This document shows, piece after piece, positions 12,214 to 27,527 of a stretch of 64,000 nucleotides of DNA (positions are counted from its first letter, which is position 1; each line of letters starts with the position of its first letter). The notes beneath the pieces were generated by a model. That model worked only from the letters and a program-made list of their open reading frames with translations, did not search any database and was not told the DNA's origin. This DNA is from Podarcis vaucheri (Eukaryota). Where the stretch lies: the NCBI GenBank assembly GCA_965113315.1, contig OZ220368.1; one strand, given 5' to 3'. A program made the position numbers and the translations under genes.

Positions 12214-12335
12214 CAGGGATTGGGAACCAAAGGTCCCTCCAGATGTTGTTGAACTCAAACTCCCATCATCCAAGACCACTGGCCAGACTGGTAGGGGCTT
12301 ATGGGAGTCCAACATCTGAAGGGTGATAAGATACT
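12214..12335. mobile_element. Decayed copy of the ~136-bp palindromic hAT-type element
   Basis: ccctccagatgttgttgaactc..ctcccatcatcc / atgggagt..aacatctgaaggg. Confidence 0.7.
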
Positions 12336-12429
12336 AATACTCTGCACATACTGACAAAAGCTAGTGCAATTCTAGAGTACAGCTGCATGTTTTCAAGCCA
12401 CTGTAGCAAAGATACATTTTTGGAAGATA

Positions 12430-12614
12430 CAGTTGAACCTCCATTTACATAATCCTCTGGTTACATAAATTTCGGGATGCGTGTGGCAAACCCAGAAGTA
12501 TTTTACCGGGTTTCGCTGCGCACGCATGCACAGAAGTGGTCCTCAGGTTGCAGAAACCTTGGGATCCGACCAGACCTCTGGAACAGATCCTGTCCACAAG
12601 CGGAGGTACCACTG
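12430..12614. mobile_element. Tc1/mariner MITE, inverted relative to the 11747 copy
   Basis: TA|cagttgaacctcc...ggaggtaccactg|TA; reverse complement shares ggatc.gttcc and tctgtgcatgcgtgcg with 11747. Confidence 0.85.
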
Positions 12615-13020
12615 TATTACTAATGCCTTGCTTTTTTCAGCAGGTGATTCCTTCATCTCTCCTTCCTCACCCTCACCCCCCGCAGTTGTAGAAGCACACT
12701 ACAGGGGCACAGGCCACCTGCCTCTGTACAGCACAGTGGGATGACTTCAGGTATATTCAAAGTACACACAGTGCATACAGTGGCACATGGGGGGGGCTGC
12801 TTCCCCACTACGCACACCCATTTCCCATTTGCGGCTGTGTGAACTGTCCCTAGCAGCCCTGCTTCCTGGGCTGCAGTTTAGCACTCAGTTGTGCATCCCT
12901 AGCCCTATTCACTACAGCAGCACTCATCACATGTCTGTGCATGCAACTGAAACAGTCTACTTTGATTATTTTAAAAATCCAGAACTGATAATTTTTATTC
13001 TAACCTTATTCTTCAAAATA

Positions 13021-13221
13021 TTTGTTGAGAAGGAACTTCCTCATAGTAAGAGCTGTCTGACAGTGGAATGGACTCCCTTGGAAGGTGGTGGACTCTTCTT
13101 CACTGGAGGTTTATAAGCAGAGGTTGGATAGCCCTCTGTCATGGATGCTTTAGCTGAGATGCCTGCATTGCAGGGGATTGGACTAGATGATCCTTGGGAT
13201 CCCTTTCAACTCTACACTTCT
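13021..13221 (+). mobile_element. CR1 LINE 3' fragment
   Basis: Same 3' end as the 6088 and 57068 copies (ctggaggttt..aagcagaggttggat, gcaggggattggactagatga). Confidence 0.85.
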
Positions 13222-13802
13222 TTTTAAGACTTTTAGAGAAAAGCACAACAGTATCTTACATTGAAATCAGACTGATCACAGTCTGCTAAACCAAAACATG
13301 CTGTTCTCCTGTGGAGCATGGCTACGCTCATTTTAAAATGCAGAACAATTTGCTTTGCAGGCCTCTATTTCTGGCACCTTGTGGAATGCATGAGCTATAT
13401 TCATGGGTTAGAAGCTGATTTGTTAATGGTCCTACAGTGGGGCTTTGTTTTATTTTGATCCCTTTCTGTTTTTACTGTAAGCACAAGTATTTCCTCAATG
13501 CTCAAACAGTGAGAAAATACAAAGACAGCATTTGAACCTTGTGCAATAAAGGTTCCAAAATCGATATCTATATGTGCATGTTCGACAACATTGAGCAAAT
13601 ATTATTTGAGAAGTAATCCTCAAAATAGCTGCACTGTTAGATTTTTAAGGAAAATAAAATTATTTCCACCCCATTCTAGAAGCACACATTCACACACACA
13701 CCACATAAGGTATCAGGATTTCCGGGACTGAACACCACAGACAGCAAAGTGCTTAATCTTAGATTGCCAATACACATAACAGGAAAAAGTATATTTTTCT
13801 AC

Positions 13803-14300
13803 CTTCTTGCTTAGGAGGAGATTCCTTGGGTTCTTTTTTATTTTTGCGTCCCTCACGCCCACACTGATCTTCACCTAGGTCAATAACAAGTTCACTTTCT
13901 GAGTCAGAGTCCAGACCAAGATGTACTGTTGGCGAGTCAGTCTCATCTTTACCTTTCAACTTCTCTTTTGTAGGCTGTGACAAACTTTTCCCCTTTTCAG
14001 AAACTTCTTTATCAGAGTCTACATTTGCCTTTTCTTTGACAGGGGTATCTGTTTTCTCCACTTCTGAGACTGTACTTTTAATTTCTTCTTTTTCTTCAGT
14101 TGGCGTTGGTGGTTTTGGTTTTTTTTTCATGGCCAAGGATTCTTTGTCACTTCTTGCACCTTCTTTTTCTTCTTCTTCCTGATCGTTCTTGGATTTCTGT
14201 TCATCATCACTGATATATTCACTATCACTAGAATCTGACTTTTCAGAGTCCTCTGAGTCGCTATGTTCTACTGCAACATCTTCAGATATTTCATTGATCC
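13803..14300 (-). CDS. ZMYND8: ZMYND8 exon 14, acidic/charged region (INEISEDVAVEHSDSED...SPPKQE)
   Basis: ttag|GG ATC...GAA G|gtaga; 498 nt; ORF 13759..14310. Confidence 0.95.
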
Positions 14301-14675
14301 CTAAGTACAAAAGAAGACTTTTTTTTATTCATATATTTCTACCACACACCTCTTTACAATTATTGAGGCTTATAAAACTTAAGAATTAAGCTATAGATAT
14401 AAAATAATGAGCACACATACATTGTAACAGACTAATTATATACCATACCTATAATAATTCTGTGAAGTAGGTTGTTCAAGTATTAGTTTTGCAAGCAAGG
14501 CTCATTTGCCTCCCCAAATAAAGAAGCTTTGAACCCTGGTCTGCTAAGATGCAAGCCAAACTCTCTGCACAAAGGACAACACACCATATTTAAGATTTCC
14601 CCCCATTTATGTTAAAATGAACAATGTTTCAACTCTAATGCTTTCAACACAAATTTGATATTACCATGTGCATAC

Positions 14676-14828
14676 CTAACTGTGCTTTACAGCTCTCTAT
14701 TGTCTTGTCAAGATTAAGCTGGAACCTGCTGCGAATTTGCCGCTTTGGGGAAATCAGTGGCGCAGGTGTGGATTGCTGCTGGACTGATTCACTCAACTCT
14801 TTCAGATCCATCTCAGCTTTACTACGAT
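14676..14828 (-). CDS. ZMYND8: ZMYND8 exon 13 (DRSKAEMDLKELSES...IESCKAQL)
   Basis: tag|AT CGT...TTA G|gtatg; 153 nt. Confidence 0.95.
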
Positions 14829-15646
14829 CTAGAATATTAAATAAAAGTGTTTTCATTACGTAACACAGCTTAAACAGAAATTGTTTTTGTCAAGGAAAAA
14901 ACCTAATTCAATCAGTCCACTTTCAGTATTAATACTTGGTAATATTTACCACATATATGACAACATTTCAAAATAAATGCTGAACAACTATTTGGAAGCA
15001 TGTCTGCAATCCCAGAAACAATTTCACAGAAGTTGATCAGATTTCAATTTCAGATTTAATTTTCACTGAAGTTGATGTGAAGGTTTGCAGTCACAGAGTA
15101 CAATTGAGTATAACTCCTTCTATAATCAAAGCCGTATTGAGTGAGAATTAAAGAAGAGTCCAACTCTGATCCTTAATTATGCTGATGCAAAAACCTTATA
15201 CTGTCGCATACTTAGCATAATGCTTTGTCAAGCCCTAGTCAGTGTTCTCACAAAACGTATCCATCAAAGTTATACAAATTGCCTGAAGTCAGGCTGATTG
15301 GGAAAATCACTGGTATCACCTATATGTTTATGCTATCCAAGGACCAGAGGATTTTGTCAGAAATATTGAGTTTTATACAAGAATAAGGAACTATGGTTTT
15401 TGGTAGCAGGTAAGCAAATATCATTTAGTTCTCAGAATCCTGTATCTGCTTAACTATGTACTTTCCCAGATATTTTAAAAGCATTTAAAATATCCTTAAA
15501 CTGAATGAAATTGCTTCAGTTGGGAAACAGGAAGTTTACCTGTCCACATTTATGATTCTGCACTCATAGAATCACCTTGAACTTCTCATACGTATAAGCA
15601 AATAGCATTGATAAAATGAAAGCTGGTACTGACAATTTTAACTCAC

Positions 15647-15781
15647 CAAGATTCAGATTCAGAATGCTTCCTGGAGTGGATGTTCTTTCTTGTTTAGCAG
15701 GCGTTGAGACTTGAGGAGAGAAAGGTTTGGGGCTGCCAGATAAGCTCCCTGCTTGGCCTGTCCTTGTTGGTGCTGGAGAAG
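15647..15781 (-). CDS. ZMYND8: ZMYND8 exon 12 (ASPAPTRTGQAGSLSGSPKPFSPQ...GSILNLNL)
   Basis: cag|CT TCT...CTT G|gtgag; 135 nt. Confidence 0.94.
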
Positions 15782-18700
15782 CTGACAAAGTAGACAATTG
15801 ACATAACTGCCATTTCAAAATATGACTGAAACCCCTTATTCAGGTATGACCAAGGTCTTGGGTCCACTCTGTGGGATTTGTAGCATTTTTGCTTTGAACA
15901 GGAAGCCCACCCCCCACCCCGGTTGTGGTTTTCACTTACTGGATTTTGCATTGCAGATTAGATTTTTTGCACACAAAAAATCGGTATTTTACATTAAAAA
16001 TACATTTTATGAGAAAATATACTGAAAAATGTTTATTTTATACAAAATGTGTACCAATTAAATGCAGACTTTGCATGTTCTTTCAGAAAAGTCAGAAGGA
16101 CGGGACAGGAGTGCCAGTGAAAATGATATGAAACAGGAAAGCAGTAGGCTGCTTGTTTCATCCCTAATCCTTCCACAGCATAAGTGTTAGAAAATATGAG
16201 GGCCCTTATTAAGTAGCTGCACTGAAATAAAAAGAGTGCAAAAATTGTGAATTTATTTAAACAATTTCAACTGAGAATAAAATTCTCTTTTATTATGTCA
16301 AGTAAGATTAATTATACCAATGATGTGTTGATTAGCATAGATAACTAATTAGTTAGGAATGCTTTCAGATACTATCAACTTGCCAGTTCTCACTTTGGAA
16401 AGTTTTAGGCCTACTTCCCCATTTATCTCTACCCACCTTAGATTCTGGTAAATTTCACCTGTATGTGGATTTCCTATACCATATTATTCTCAAGACACTG
16501 TTCCAACTTGCTAAATCAAAACAAACTATTTTGAAACATGACTGAGCTTCTCTACAGGTTTTACAGCTTGCTTGCTTATTAAGATAGTTTAAATTGAATG
16601 TCTTGCAAAAAAAGTATTTATCAAATTCTAACATGCTGTTTTGCCAGCAAGTTAAGCCAAAGAACCCTAGTTTAATATTTGCAAAGCAGAGAAATCTTTC
16701 ATTATACTATTTAGCCTTCAAATTTAAGATGCTTCATGTCATCACTTCTTCTAATAGCAAACTCAGGTGGAGAATAGCAACAAGACAGTAGCCAAAACAG
16801 GGTCACAGAGAAACAAGGAGATATCAGCATGCTTGGAAGAATGCCATGGTCTGAAGAAGTAATTTTTTTATTTAAAAAAAAAGCAAGCTAAAGTGGCAAC
16901 AAAATGAATAGTCCAATGCGGACTGAGCATGCTTAGTACTTATAGAATAAAGAATGACATCTGAAAAAGAAAAATGGAACAATGGGCTGGGAGAGAAGGG
17001 AGAAATGCCTTGTTTGGAGAGAATGGCTGGCTGGAACCTGAGCAGGAGCTTCTTTTATGTGGAAGGACAAAATGTTGCAGTGTGTTGTAGGTCCAAGTTT
17101 GTATTCTTTCAGGTCACAGTCCTGAATACACATCAATAGAAATATCTGTACCAGTTTTCTTGCCTTTATATGAAATAGTGAGGATGAGTTAGTGGGAACT
17201 GAATGTCCATGGAACTTGAAAATTGGAGGCAAACCCAAATTTCCTTCATAAACCTCACAAACACAGAGCAAGAGACTGTTTTAAAGCATTAAGACTACAA
17301 TCCAAACCTGCTGCTGCAGAGCTCTGGAAATTCCAACGTATCTGCAACCCACCCACTTACAATGGTGGCAGAAGTGGGGAGGGCAACAGATCAGGTCCAA
17401 CCCCTGTGCCCTCCCATTTGGTGGCAACAATAGCACAAGTGTCCCTCTATCAGGAGACTGGTTGAGCCAGCAGAAGCAAGTAGAGGGTTGCCTCCTCATC
17501 CTAGAGTTACAGAGGTTTGGACTGCTGCCTAAAATATGCCTTTCCAGAACCTGGATATCATTACCAGAACAAATAATGGCACATTCAGGCTCAATATTCC
17601 ATTTGTCCAGTGCATCATAGTATACCTAATATATGCATCAAATTAAAAGCCAGACGTGCCCTTATGTTTGAAAATGAATGCCACCTATACACTGCATAAT
17701 ACCAGGTCCAAGATAATTTGCTCCCCAGGTAACGATCTCAAGTTCACAGTGTTTTTGTAATAGAGTAATGAGTGGAAAGATGAGTGATGGCAGGAATCAG
17801 AGTGAGTTACAAGTGAAGGAGTTCTGAGAAAGGACAGTTAAAAAGTTAAGAGAATATGGTGAGCAGGTAAGATCAGAGAGGAAAGGCATAGGTGAAAGGC
17901 TGGCAGTTAGGGTAGATGTTGAAAAAGGGACTTAGAAGTAATACATGTTATTCATAACTAAGTAACTATTTTTTCTTGTTTATTTTATAAAGTTTACTGG
18001 TTCTTAAATTTATCTATGTGTTCTGGTCTAGGTCAATTCTAGAAATAATACATTTCCCCCTTAGGCTTACTTTGATGTGCACAATTAAGCAAATAAAGGA
18101 AGATTCCTATTGCTCTCTGTAACTTGGTAGGTGGTGGCAGCAGATTAGAGATTACTGGGTACTTGGTCTACATTCCAAAAGGAAGATGATCATAAACTTC
18201 AAAAATTATCTGATTCTCCTCCAATTCAAATTTTAAATGCAGAGCAAGATTCTTCATATTATATGTTCAAATGAGAAGAAGTTGTGTAATATTTTAAAAA
18301 TGGAAAGCAATCACTCTTGCAAAGAATTAAGCAAATCTGCAAGAGCCTAGCACAATAGTAAATGTTAATAAAACTTCCTGATATTATTAACATAACAAAT
18401 AGAAAATTCAGCCATGCCTAATGAATAGAGAAGACATTCATGAATGAACAAATTAGGATACCAATATTGGATCTAATACAGCTTTTTTGTAAAGTACTGT
18501 GCTGACACTACACATAAATAGCTCTGAGGGGGAAATGAAGAGTCTGTAAACAACTTGCATTATACACAATCTATTTTTGCAATTTTTTTAGCTTAAAGTG
18601 CTAGATATTGTTGCTTCCTTGCCTCTTAATGGTAAGCATGTGAAGCTAAATTCTAGAAGAGATTTTTAAAAGCTTGCTAAAATAAAAGAACACTATGGCA

Positions 18701-19348
18701 AAATGGCCTTTGTATTCTAGTCCCTAACTTGTCACTCTGCACTACCTTTCAAAATTCAGTATTCTGTGAATTGTAGGTGTCTTCCTTGCAAACCACTGCT
18801 GATACTGGGGCAGACACCCCCTCCCAAAGTTACCCAGTCCCACTGACGTGTTCCTTGCAATGACACTTCCATTAACTTTAAACAATAGCTCCTATCCAAG
18901 GAGACACCAAGACATCATATTCCCCATTGCACCTAGAGAAGGTGGTATGAAAACCTGACCCTCTGGACCAAACAACGCATCCTTCTTTTCATCCCATCAA
19001 CACACTGAAGTATCAGAAACACATTTCTACCTGTTCCTACTGATCCAGATGCTCAGATCATGCCCCACCTCCCTGGTTCTTAGTTCTCCAGTGCAATGCC
19101 AGTCTGACCTGACATCCTTTGTTGAACAATTGCTCTGGATTCTTTCCTAAATGATACTCTTCCCAGGTGCCTTTGACCCACCTTGAAGTTAACACAAATC
19201 CTCTGCTATTAGCATGAGCAACAACCTTCCTGGCTCTGACCCAATCTTTTAATTGTTCCCAAGATAGCTGTGCAGATGCTTAGAAGCAGAGCTGCACCTG
19301 AGTCCAACAATACCTCCTACAAGTATTTTGATAATGAACACCAGATTA

Positions 19349-19984
<636 letters not shown>

Positions 19985-21350
19985 TCAAAGTCTTACTTTC
20001 AAGTATGTTTAGAATCTGAATAACAATCCTATGAATGAATTACATAAAATTATGCCTGTTTGAGATTGAAACCTTCATTTAGGACAAACTTAAGGATACT
20101 TCCAGTCTATGCAATACATACTGCAGTTTAGACAAAACCATTCCAAGTGTATGTTTTGCTTTCAAAACAATTTGATTAAGTAAATTCAACATTGACAGAA
20201 TAAAAAAAGGGGACACTGAGCCATTCAAAACACTTTCTCACTGAACTTTCAGTCACAATTAACCAGGAAATTATTATCCAGCAGGCTGTAATTTTCCTGT
20301 AGTGTTGGCATGTCTTTTGCAACGCTGCACTAATATACTGTACTATTAAACACCTCACCACAAGCACTTACATGACGTCGTAGGACTAGATTGTTAAGAC
20401 CTGTTCATATGACAGACCATGAATACCACACTATCACACAATCGGTTCTTTGACTGGCAAACTTGGTGGCCCCATGGTAACCGAAAGGGCAGTGAGAGAA
20501 GGCATCTACAGGAAGTGTAGGAATTCCTGCATGCTTTGTGGGGTGGGGGTAGGGGGATTCCCCAGGTACACAGTAAAATACTAATAGTATTACTTTCTTT
20601 TTTGAAAGAATGTTGCCATACCTCCTTCTGAGAGAGTACCACATACACAAAGCATTTCTGCAGGTATAGAGCATGATAAATAGTTGGTGGGTGAAAATTT
20701 GTCATTGGGGAAGCCAGGGTCCCCACCCAAGTTCAATGAAAGCAATGGGGAAAAGTAACTCTCCTCAATGTAACATGTGTCCCTACCTGTCTTTTCAAAT
20801 TTAGGGGTTCTAATATAGCCATCCTCGAAACTTTGCTTTGTAGTGCTGCAGCACTCAGTTTAGCAGCTGCTTCCACCATTCACACACCATCAATTTTATG
20901 CTCCTGTTTCAAGGGGAAATGAAGGCTGAGCCCCCACATCACACAAATTCTCATGGAGCATCAACATATTTGTCTTTCAAGTTTATATGTTACAAAGTTG
21001 CTTTTTGTGACCCCCCCTCTATTAACAACATTACAGTGATGCTAAAATGTTAGAGTAACTACATAATGTGTATAAGGCATAAAAACATAGTTTGATCTAA
21101 TGATGATCCGTTACCCCGCCACAAAATTTAGCATAGGCTTTATAATGTCCCAGAGAGTAAATGCTAGTGGAGTAAAACATTGCCTCAATGTTGTGTATAC
21201 AAAAACAACATCTTGATTAACTTTACATATTCAAAATATGTTTAGTAAGCTTACATTGCCATGGTGGCAACCAGTTGGTATGAGACATAAAAATATGATA
21301 ATTAATGGGGAAATGGAATGTACTATACATGCTACTAATGTGAAGCACTA

Positions 21351-21581
<231 letters not shown>

Positions 21582-22907
21582 CTAGAGGAAAGTGCACAGA
21601 GACCACACAGTGAGAAACTATTTAAAGACATATAGTACTTTCTAATTACTGGCATGCAAGACAATACCTTAAAATACGATATGGACTGCATATTTCAGAT
21701 ATTGCAATGTACCTTCCTTATGCAGAAAGGGTAGTGTTTGTCCAGATAATTGCATAGCTTTAAGTTTTCCCATTCTTTGTATGCTATGAAGAGAAATGCT
21801 TGTCTTGCCTTCCCTTGAAATATCAGTCCTGTTTGTGGTGGTAGTGAGGGGAATTCAGAAGGTTTGCCCTAGAAATTATTTTATTTGTATAGCTAGCAAA
21901 ACTCACCCAAAATTGAAAGTTTTGCATCACTTCTGGAAGTTGCTTAGAATGGGGTTTGCTGAATTTCCATGAAAACAAGACGAACAAAGCTCATGGTTTG
22001 TATGGAGTGCATTAAACCACAAGCCTGAATTCAGACAAGATGCCGAGCAAAGCAATGGCTTAGCTCCGGACAACAGCAAAATGACTGGAGAGGAGCAAAG
22101 CAGGTATGATCTCTGTTTCAGGAGCCTGTTTGTTTGTGCTAAGTCAAGGTTTGGCTTGAGTTACATGAGAATGAGGGTACAATGAACCATTATTTATTTC
22201 AGACTATGTGACGTAGAACTGAGGCCTTTAATTCAGTCTCTATTACAACAGTCATTTAAGGTAGGCTTTTCCATTATCGATGTGTTGCATATTAGAAGGC
22301 AGGAGAATTAAAGAGACAGAGAACAGGGGTTTGTCAAGGTGTTAAAATGGGAAAGATAGCTGTACAGGTGATTAGGTTTCCAAAAGCATTTCAAGAAAAC
22401 ATCTTTAACAAATGAATTTCTTTCAATGCTTCTTAATAGGACTGCTTGGGGAAATTTCTTTCAGTTCACCTAAGCAGATATGTACTGAAAGAAATGCCCT
22501 ATCTCAAAATGTGTTAGGAACCCAAAAACGTTTTCTTTACGGCTGTTTTTGATCCTCGGTTGCTTGCTTACCGAAGTCCCTACAAGAGACAGTGGCTGAA
22601 AATTTGAACTGTACTTGTACTCTTGGCCACTACATTAAGTTTCTGTTACCTGTTGAAGTAGTTTGCACATTGACAATCAAACCATACATTTGACATTTAA
22701 TTCACATAAATTAAAACAGGAACAAGTGCAAAACTGAAGACTGATTTTAAGGACTGGATGCTTTAGTAAAATTCCTGTTTTTCACAAAAGGCTGGAGTGC
22801 TTGGGTCTGCCAAGAAGCAGGAGGACCATGAACAATTTAAACTTTTGGATTTACACATCAAATGTAGCTTAAAAATGCATACTTATAAACTGAAGTAGAT
22901 TTCTCTA

Positions 22908-23090
<183 letters not shown>

Positions 23091-23625
23091 TCAGCTACTG
23101 TAGGAGTTGGGAGTGTGTTATTCAATTAAAAGGAATCCAGAGTAAGAAGAGCAGTCATTCATAATTTTCTACTGCAGAGAATAATACATTTTGCTAGTCT
23201 GTGAATTCTGAAATTTAAGCATACTAAGGCTGCAATCTTATTCCAATTAAAGTGAGAGCAAGTCTCAGTGAAACTTACTACTGTGAAAATATGTATAGGA
23301 TTGGACTATTATCGTTGCTTCTTCAGTGGCTGTGCTGTTTAATATAACAAGAATATCTTCAACATAAATAAATCAATGTTTTAGTCTTCCATAGTGTAGT
23401 GGAATCTTGCCATCTGACAAGCCATGGTTGTCCAGCTACTTTAGCTATTTGTATACAAATCGCAACAGCTCTACCATGCAAAAAGAAAGGAGTTGATGAA
23501 ATTGGTGCTTCTTGCTCTAAATTCCACATTTCTGCAATGTGGAGGCAGGGAGACACAGAAGGAAAGTAATGTGCATTAGAAGCCAAATTCTGTGTTAATG
23601 TCTTTCTTACCATGCAAAGACATAC

Positions 23626-23628
<3 letters not shown>

Positions 23629-23658
<30 letters not shown>
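23629..23658. repeat. (AC)15 microsatellite
   Basis: Direct reading. Confidence 0.98.
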
Positions 23659-23660
<2 letters not shown>

Positions 23661-23925
23661 AAAATCCAACTTCTGTGCAGCCAGTTTAGCAACGAAAGGA
23701 ATTTTTCCTCTATTCTTGATGTTAAGTACAAACCTATACATGCCTAGTCAAAGGTAAATCACACAGAGTTCAATGGGGTTTACTCCCTGATAAGCAGATC
23801 TCTCAGTGCAGTATAGAATGAAGGTCTAGCTCATTTTATAGATGGCAGTCATAGTCAACGTTGATTTTATTTTTTTTAACAATGTTTTAATTAATACAGT
23901 ATGAAAACTAATAGGTAATACATAC

Positions 23926-23981
23926 CTCATGCTCACAGATTTTGATTATGACTTTTGCTGTTTGTGTTAATTTGTGATTTC
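23926..23981 (-). CDS. ZMYND8: ZMYND8 exon 8 (NHKLTQTAKVIIKICEHE)
   Basis: cag|GA AAT...GAG|gtatg; 56 nt. Confidence 0.94.
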
Positions 23982-24508
23982 CTGAGGAAAGAGATAAGCA
24001 GAGGTGTCTAATAAAATCTCCATTGTAATAACATGTTATTTGTACTACCAATCTATAATAAATATTTCTATTGGCTGGTATTCAAAATATTTATTAAAGG
24101 AAAATTACTGGTATATTGAAAACTAACTGGACAAAGAACGGTTTACAAAAATAAGGCTTTCATCCTTTCCTGAACCCAGGCATAACACGGCCACAACATT
24201 TTGGAAATAATCCTCTCTTTAAATAGTAATTATTGGATAGCAGTCCCTTTTAGTGTTAGCATTCTGCATTTCAGAACCACATTTTTTAACTTAGCCTCAT
24301 ACAAAGCAAGCCAACTTAACATAGATTTTAAGTCAGGCCAGTATGAAAAAATCAACTAGAAATACCTTCTTTCTTGGTGTTTAAAGCCCTCGACTTATTT
24401 AGATTTCAAGTTCTTATTTATGGATGCTTCGCCTGCCATTTGTTGCGGCATTACCATAATGTGGCCTCATGATCAAATGACACAGTTTATCATCTTACAC
24501 ATACTTAC

Positions 24509-24596
24509 CTCCATTGTAAATAATGCAATTGTGCAAAATCCATTTGGCATCAGCCAAAAAAGCTTCTGTGCATCCATACATCTTCTTTTTAACATT
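24509..24596 (-). CDS. ZMYND8: ZMYND8 exon 7, bromodomain ([29 protein letters not shown])
   Basis: cag|AAT...GGA G|gtaag; 88 nt. Confidence 0.95.
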
Positions 24597-25904
24597 CTGC
24601 AAAAGAAAACATAAAAAATGTATTGGAATTTGAAAATCCAGAAACTGAGTTCACATTTTATTCCATACATATTAATGAAAAGCTGTGCCTAGATTTTACC
24701 AAAAGTGAGATTACTGTCGAAAGTGTTTTAGTTTGTTCATAGTCAAGAACTTAGTTGACTTAATCAACTTTGCACTAATTTGACACAAATGTAATTTATT
24801 TACATATCATAATAGCATAATATGACTAAGAGTTTTGGAAGTCACAAGATACTCAAAACAATTGCTGCTAAGGTAATTTCTGTTTCATATACGAAATCAG
24901 GTAAAAGACAACTCGACAAAATATTGGTGGAGTAGAATCACAATTTTTAAAATGTTGGCAATAAAATTGGTGTTCATAGTTAAGAAAGCAATCCTTAAAA
25001 ATTGTCAACATTTTGTAAATTAGACATTCTAGTGGTTTGCAGCCATTTTAAAAATAGAGAAAATTCATCTACAACGGGCCCTTTTATGCCTGTTTCCAGA
25101 ATCTGCCATATTCTCCTAAATTCCATCAAATTAACCTTAATAGTTTGTAACTGTTGAGGCACATGACAGATATGGGAGAAACAGAAGTTGTGTCCATGTG
25201 TCACAGTAAGGCATGGTTAACATGGATAAACAAACAAACAAACAAATAATGACAACAGTTCACCATGGACAAGCTGTTCACTCCTGCTTCACTCCTCCTT
25301 ACTAGAGAATGGGAGCAAGAACCACAGTGCATGGATTGGCATTACCTACAAATTGGAAGTGGAACAATTGCAACCCCCAAACAAAACCACAATCTGAAGC
25401 AAAGTTTTTTTTCTTGGCTTATCAATCATAGCTGTTGGGAGTGAAACAAACTACAGCCCCTGGTTCAGATATAAATATGAAGACAAAAATTGTGGTTGTT
25501 GCACTCAAATACTAGCAATGCAGGGTGAAGGAAGAGCTATCTGTGCGTTCATAATCATGGTTTGCTGTCATGCAAGAATACATCTAGAAAGAGCATGGCT
25601 CTTATATACTGTGGGAAATAATATATCTGGATATATTTATTTATTTAAAAGGATTTATATACCATTTATTCACTAAACCTCTAAATGGTATACATATAAT
25701 ACAGGATAAAAGTTGTAACACAAAGAAGGAAACCCCAGTAAGATGGGGGCAAAATAAACTCTTTTAAAAGTTATTGTGATGCCAATTTTCACCCATATAA
25801 AAACAGGGGGAAACAGGTTTGTTGTGTTCTAAAAGAAAATAGTTATTGACGACAAAGAGATAAAATAATAGAGAAAAGTTACCACGGCAGCAAGACCAAG
25901 ACCC

Positions 25905-26037
25905 ACCTTATTTTTGTAATTTTAAGTTGTTTTAAGCTGTTTTTAATATTGTGTTTTAATATTAATGTTTTAATTTGCTATAACCTGTCCTGGGACCTTG
26001 TGGTTAAGGGTGGGTAAAATAATAATAATAATAATAC
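25905..26037 (+). mobile_element. L2-type LINE 3' tail
   Basis: T-rich run, cctgggacctt..aagggtggg stem-loop, (AAT)n tail. Confidence 0.55.
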
Positions 26038-26211
26038 TAGCACAAAGGATAATAAAGGCCAATATTTCCAGTATAGCTATTGGGCAAGCTTGCTCATCAT
26101 CTAAAGGGAAAACTGCATGGATTTTAAAATGAGACAATACATATAGTTATGAGCATAGTAACAACAATCTAGTAGAATTAAATAGGATTTTTCTCCTTGC
26201 TATCAACTAAC

Positions 26212-26304
26212 CTTTTCTAATGTACAAAGGTCCATTGGATGAAATATGTATTCTGCATAATCTGGATGCTGATCAAGTGAAACTGGCTTTTGAAATGGCT
26301 CTGT
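26212..26304 (-). CDS. ZMYND8: ZMYND8 exon 6, bromodomain ([31 protein letters not shown])
   Basis: cag|ACA...AAG|gttag; 93 nt; PDY..I..PMDL bromodomain motif. Confidence 0.95.
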
Positions 26305-26510
26305 CTGTTTAAATAAAAGCAAAAAGAGAGTCAGGACTGCAACATTTATTGTATTAAAATTGGTTTCAACTAATCAATTAAAACTTTTGTCAAAGTAAAA
26401 AGTTGTCCAAACAGGCTGATGACACATTATCTAATATTATTTAGCAGCAGCAAAAGCAACAGTAGTACAAGTCCTCATAAAAACGGCAAGTGGCAAGGAT
26501 GTTTTAGAAC

Positions 26511-26970
26511 CACTGGGTTGCATCCAATTCAATCATGCTCTGAACAGACCACTGAAATCAATAGACTAGCTCAGGGGTCTGCAACCCGCGGCTCCGGAGC
26601 CGCATGTGGCTCTTTTACACCTTTGCCGCGGCTCCGGGGCGGATACTAGCAAGGGGAGGAGGCGCATTGTGCGCCCCGACACACCCCACTGTGGCGGGCG
26701 CTGTACTGGCTGTGACGTCGCATGGGGGCGGTGCATGCGTTAGTCACGCACCGTCCTGACGTCACCTTCCCACCTGCTGTCAGATCGCGGCTCCGGAGAT
26801 ATATTTGTTTCAAATGTCGCAATGGTTTTGCAGCTCCCAGTTTTTTTTCCTTCGGAAACGGGTCCAAGTGGCTCTTTTTGTCTTAAAGGTTGCAGACCCC
26901 TGGACTAGCTTAAGCCCATTGATTTCAATGGGTGTACTGTGACCATAACTCAGTTGGATACAACCAAGTG
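26511..26970. mobile_element. Older palindromic element hosting a nested hAT MITE
   Basis: cactgggttgcatccaa / ttggatacaaccaagtg inverted termini; inner ctgaaatcaat / attgatttca arms. Confidence 0.65.
26572..26902. mobile_element. Young hAT-superfamily MITE (331 bp)
   Basis: Perfect 15-bp TIRs caggggtctgcaacc/ggttgcagacccctg; perfect 8-bp TSD gactagct; gcggctcc subterminal repeats; CpG retained. Confidence 0.93.
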
Positions 26971-27350
26971 CCTCCAGTGAGAGAAATGGGGGAATGCCAC
27001 CTTTAAAATTTGACATGCTATGACAAAGAGATAAATAATCTAAAGCAAAGAAAGCTTGCCTTTCACTTCAGAACTATTGCTTTTACTCTTTTAAATTTAT
27101 AGATATCAAATCATCTAAACTCTTTTATATAATTGGCTAAACATTTGTTCAAAAGTGGTTGTGCAAATTAGACATAAACCAACATCTTGTGGACAAACAT
27201 CTGCCATGAAATTATAGATGGCAGTCTGCTGGTCTTAATAGTAAATTCCTTCTCCCTTCCCCACACCCCTCCCATGGTGGCAGGAAACCAAATTTTTCCA
27301 CTATACATTAGATAGGGTAAGAAAATTCTAGGGAGCTTTACATGTAGTCA

Positions 27351-27527
<177 letters not shown>

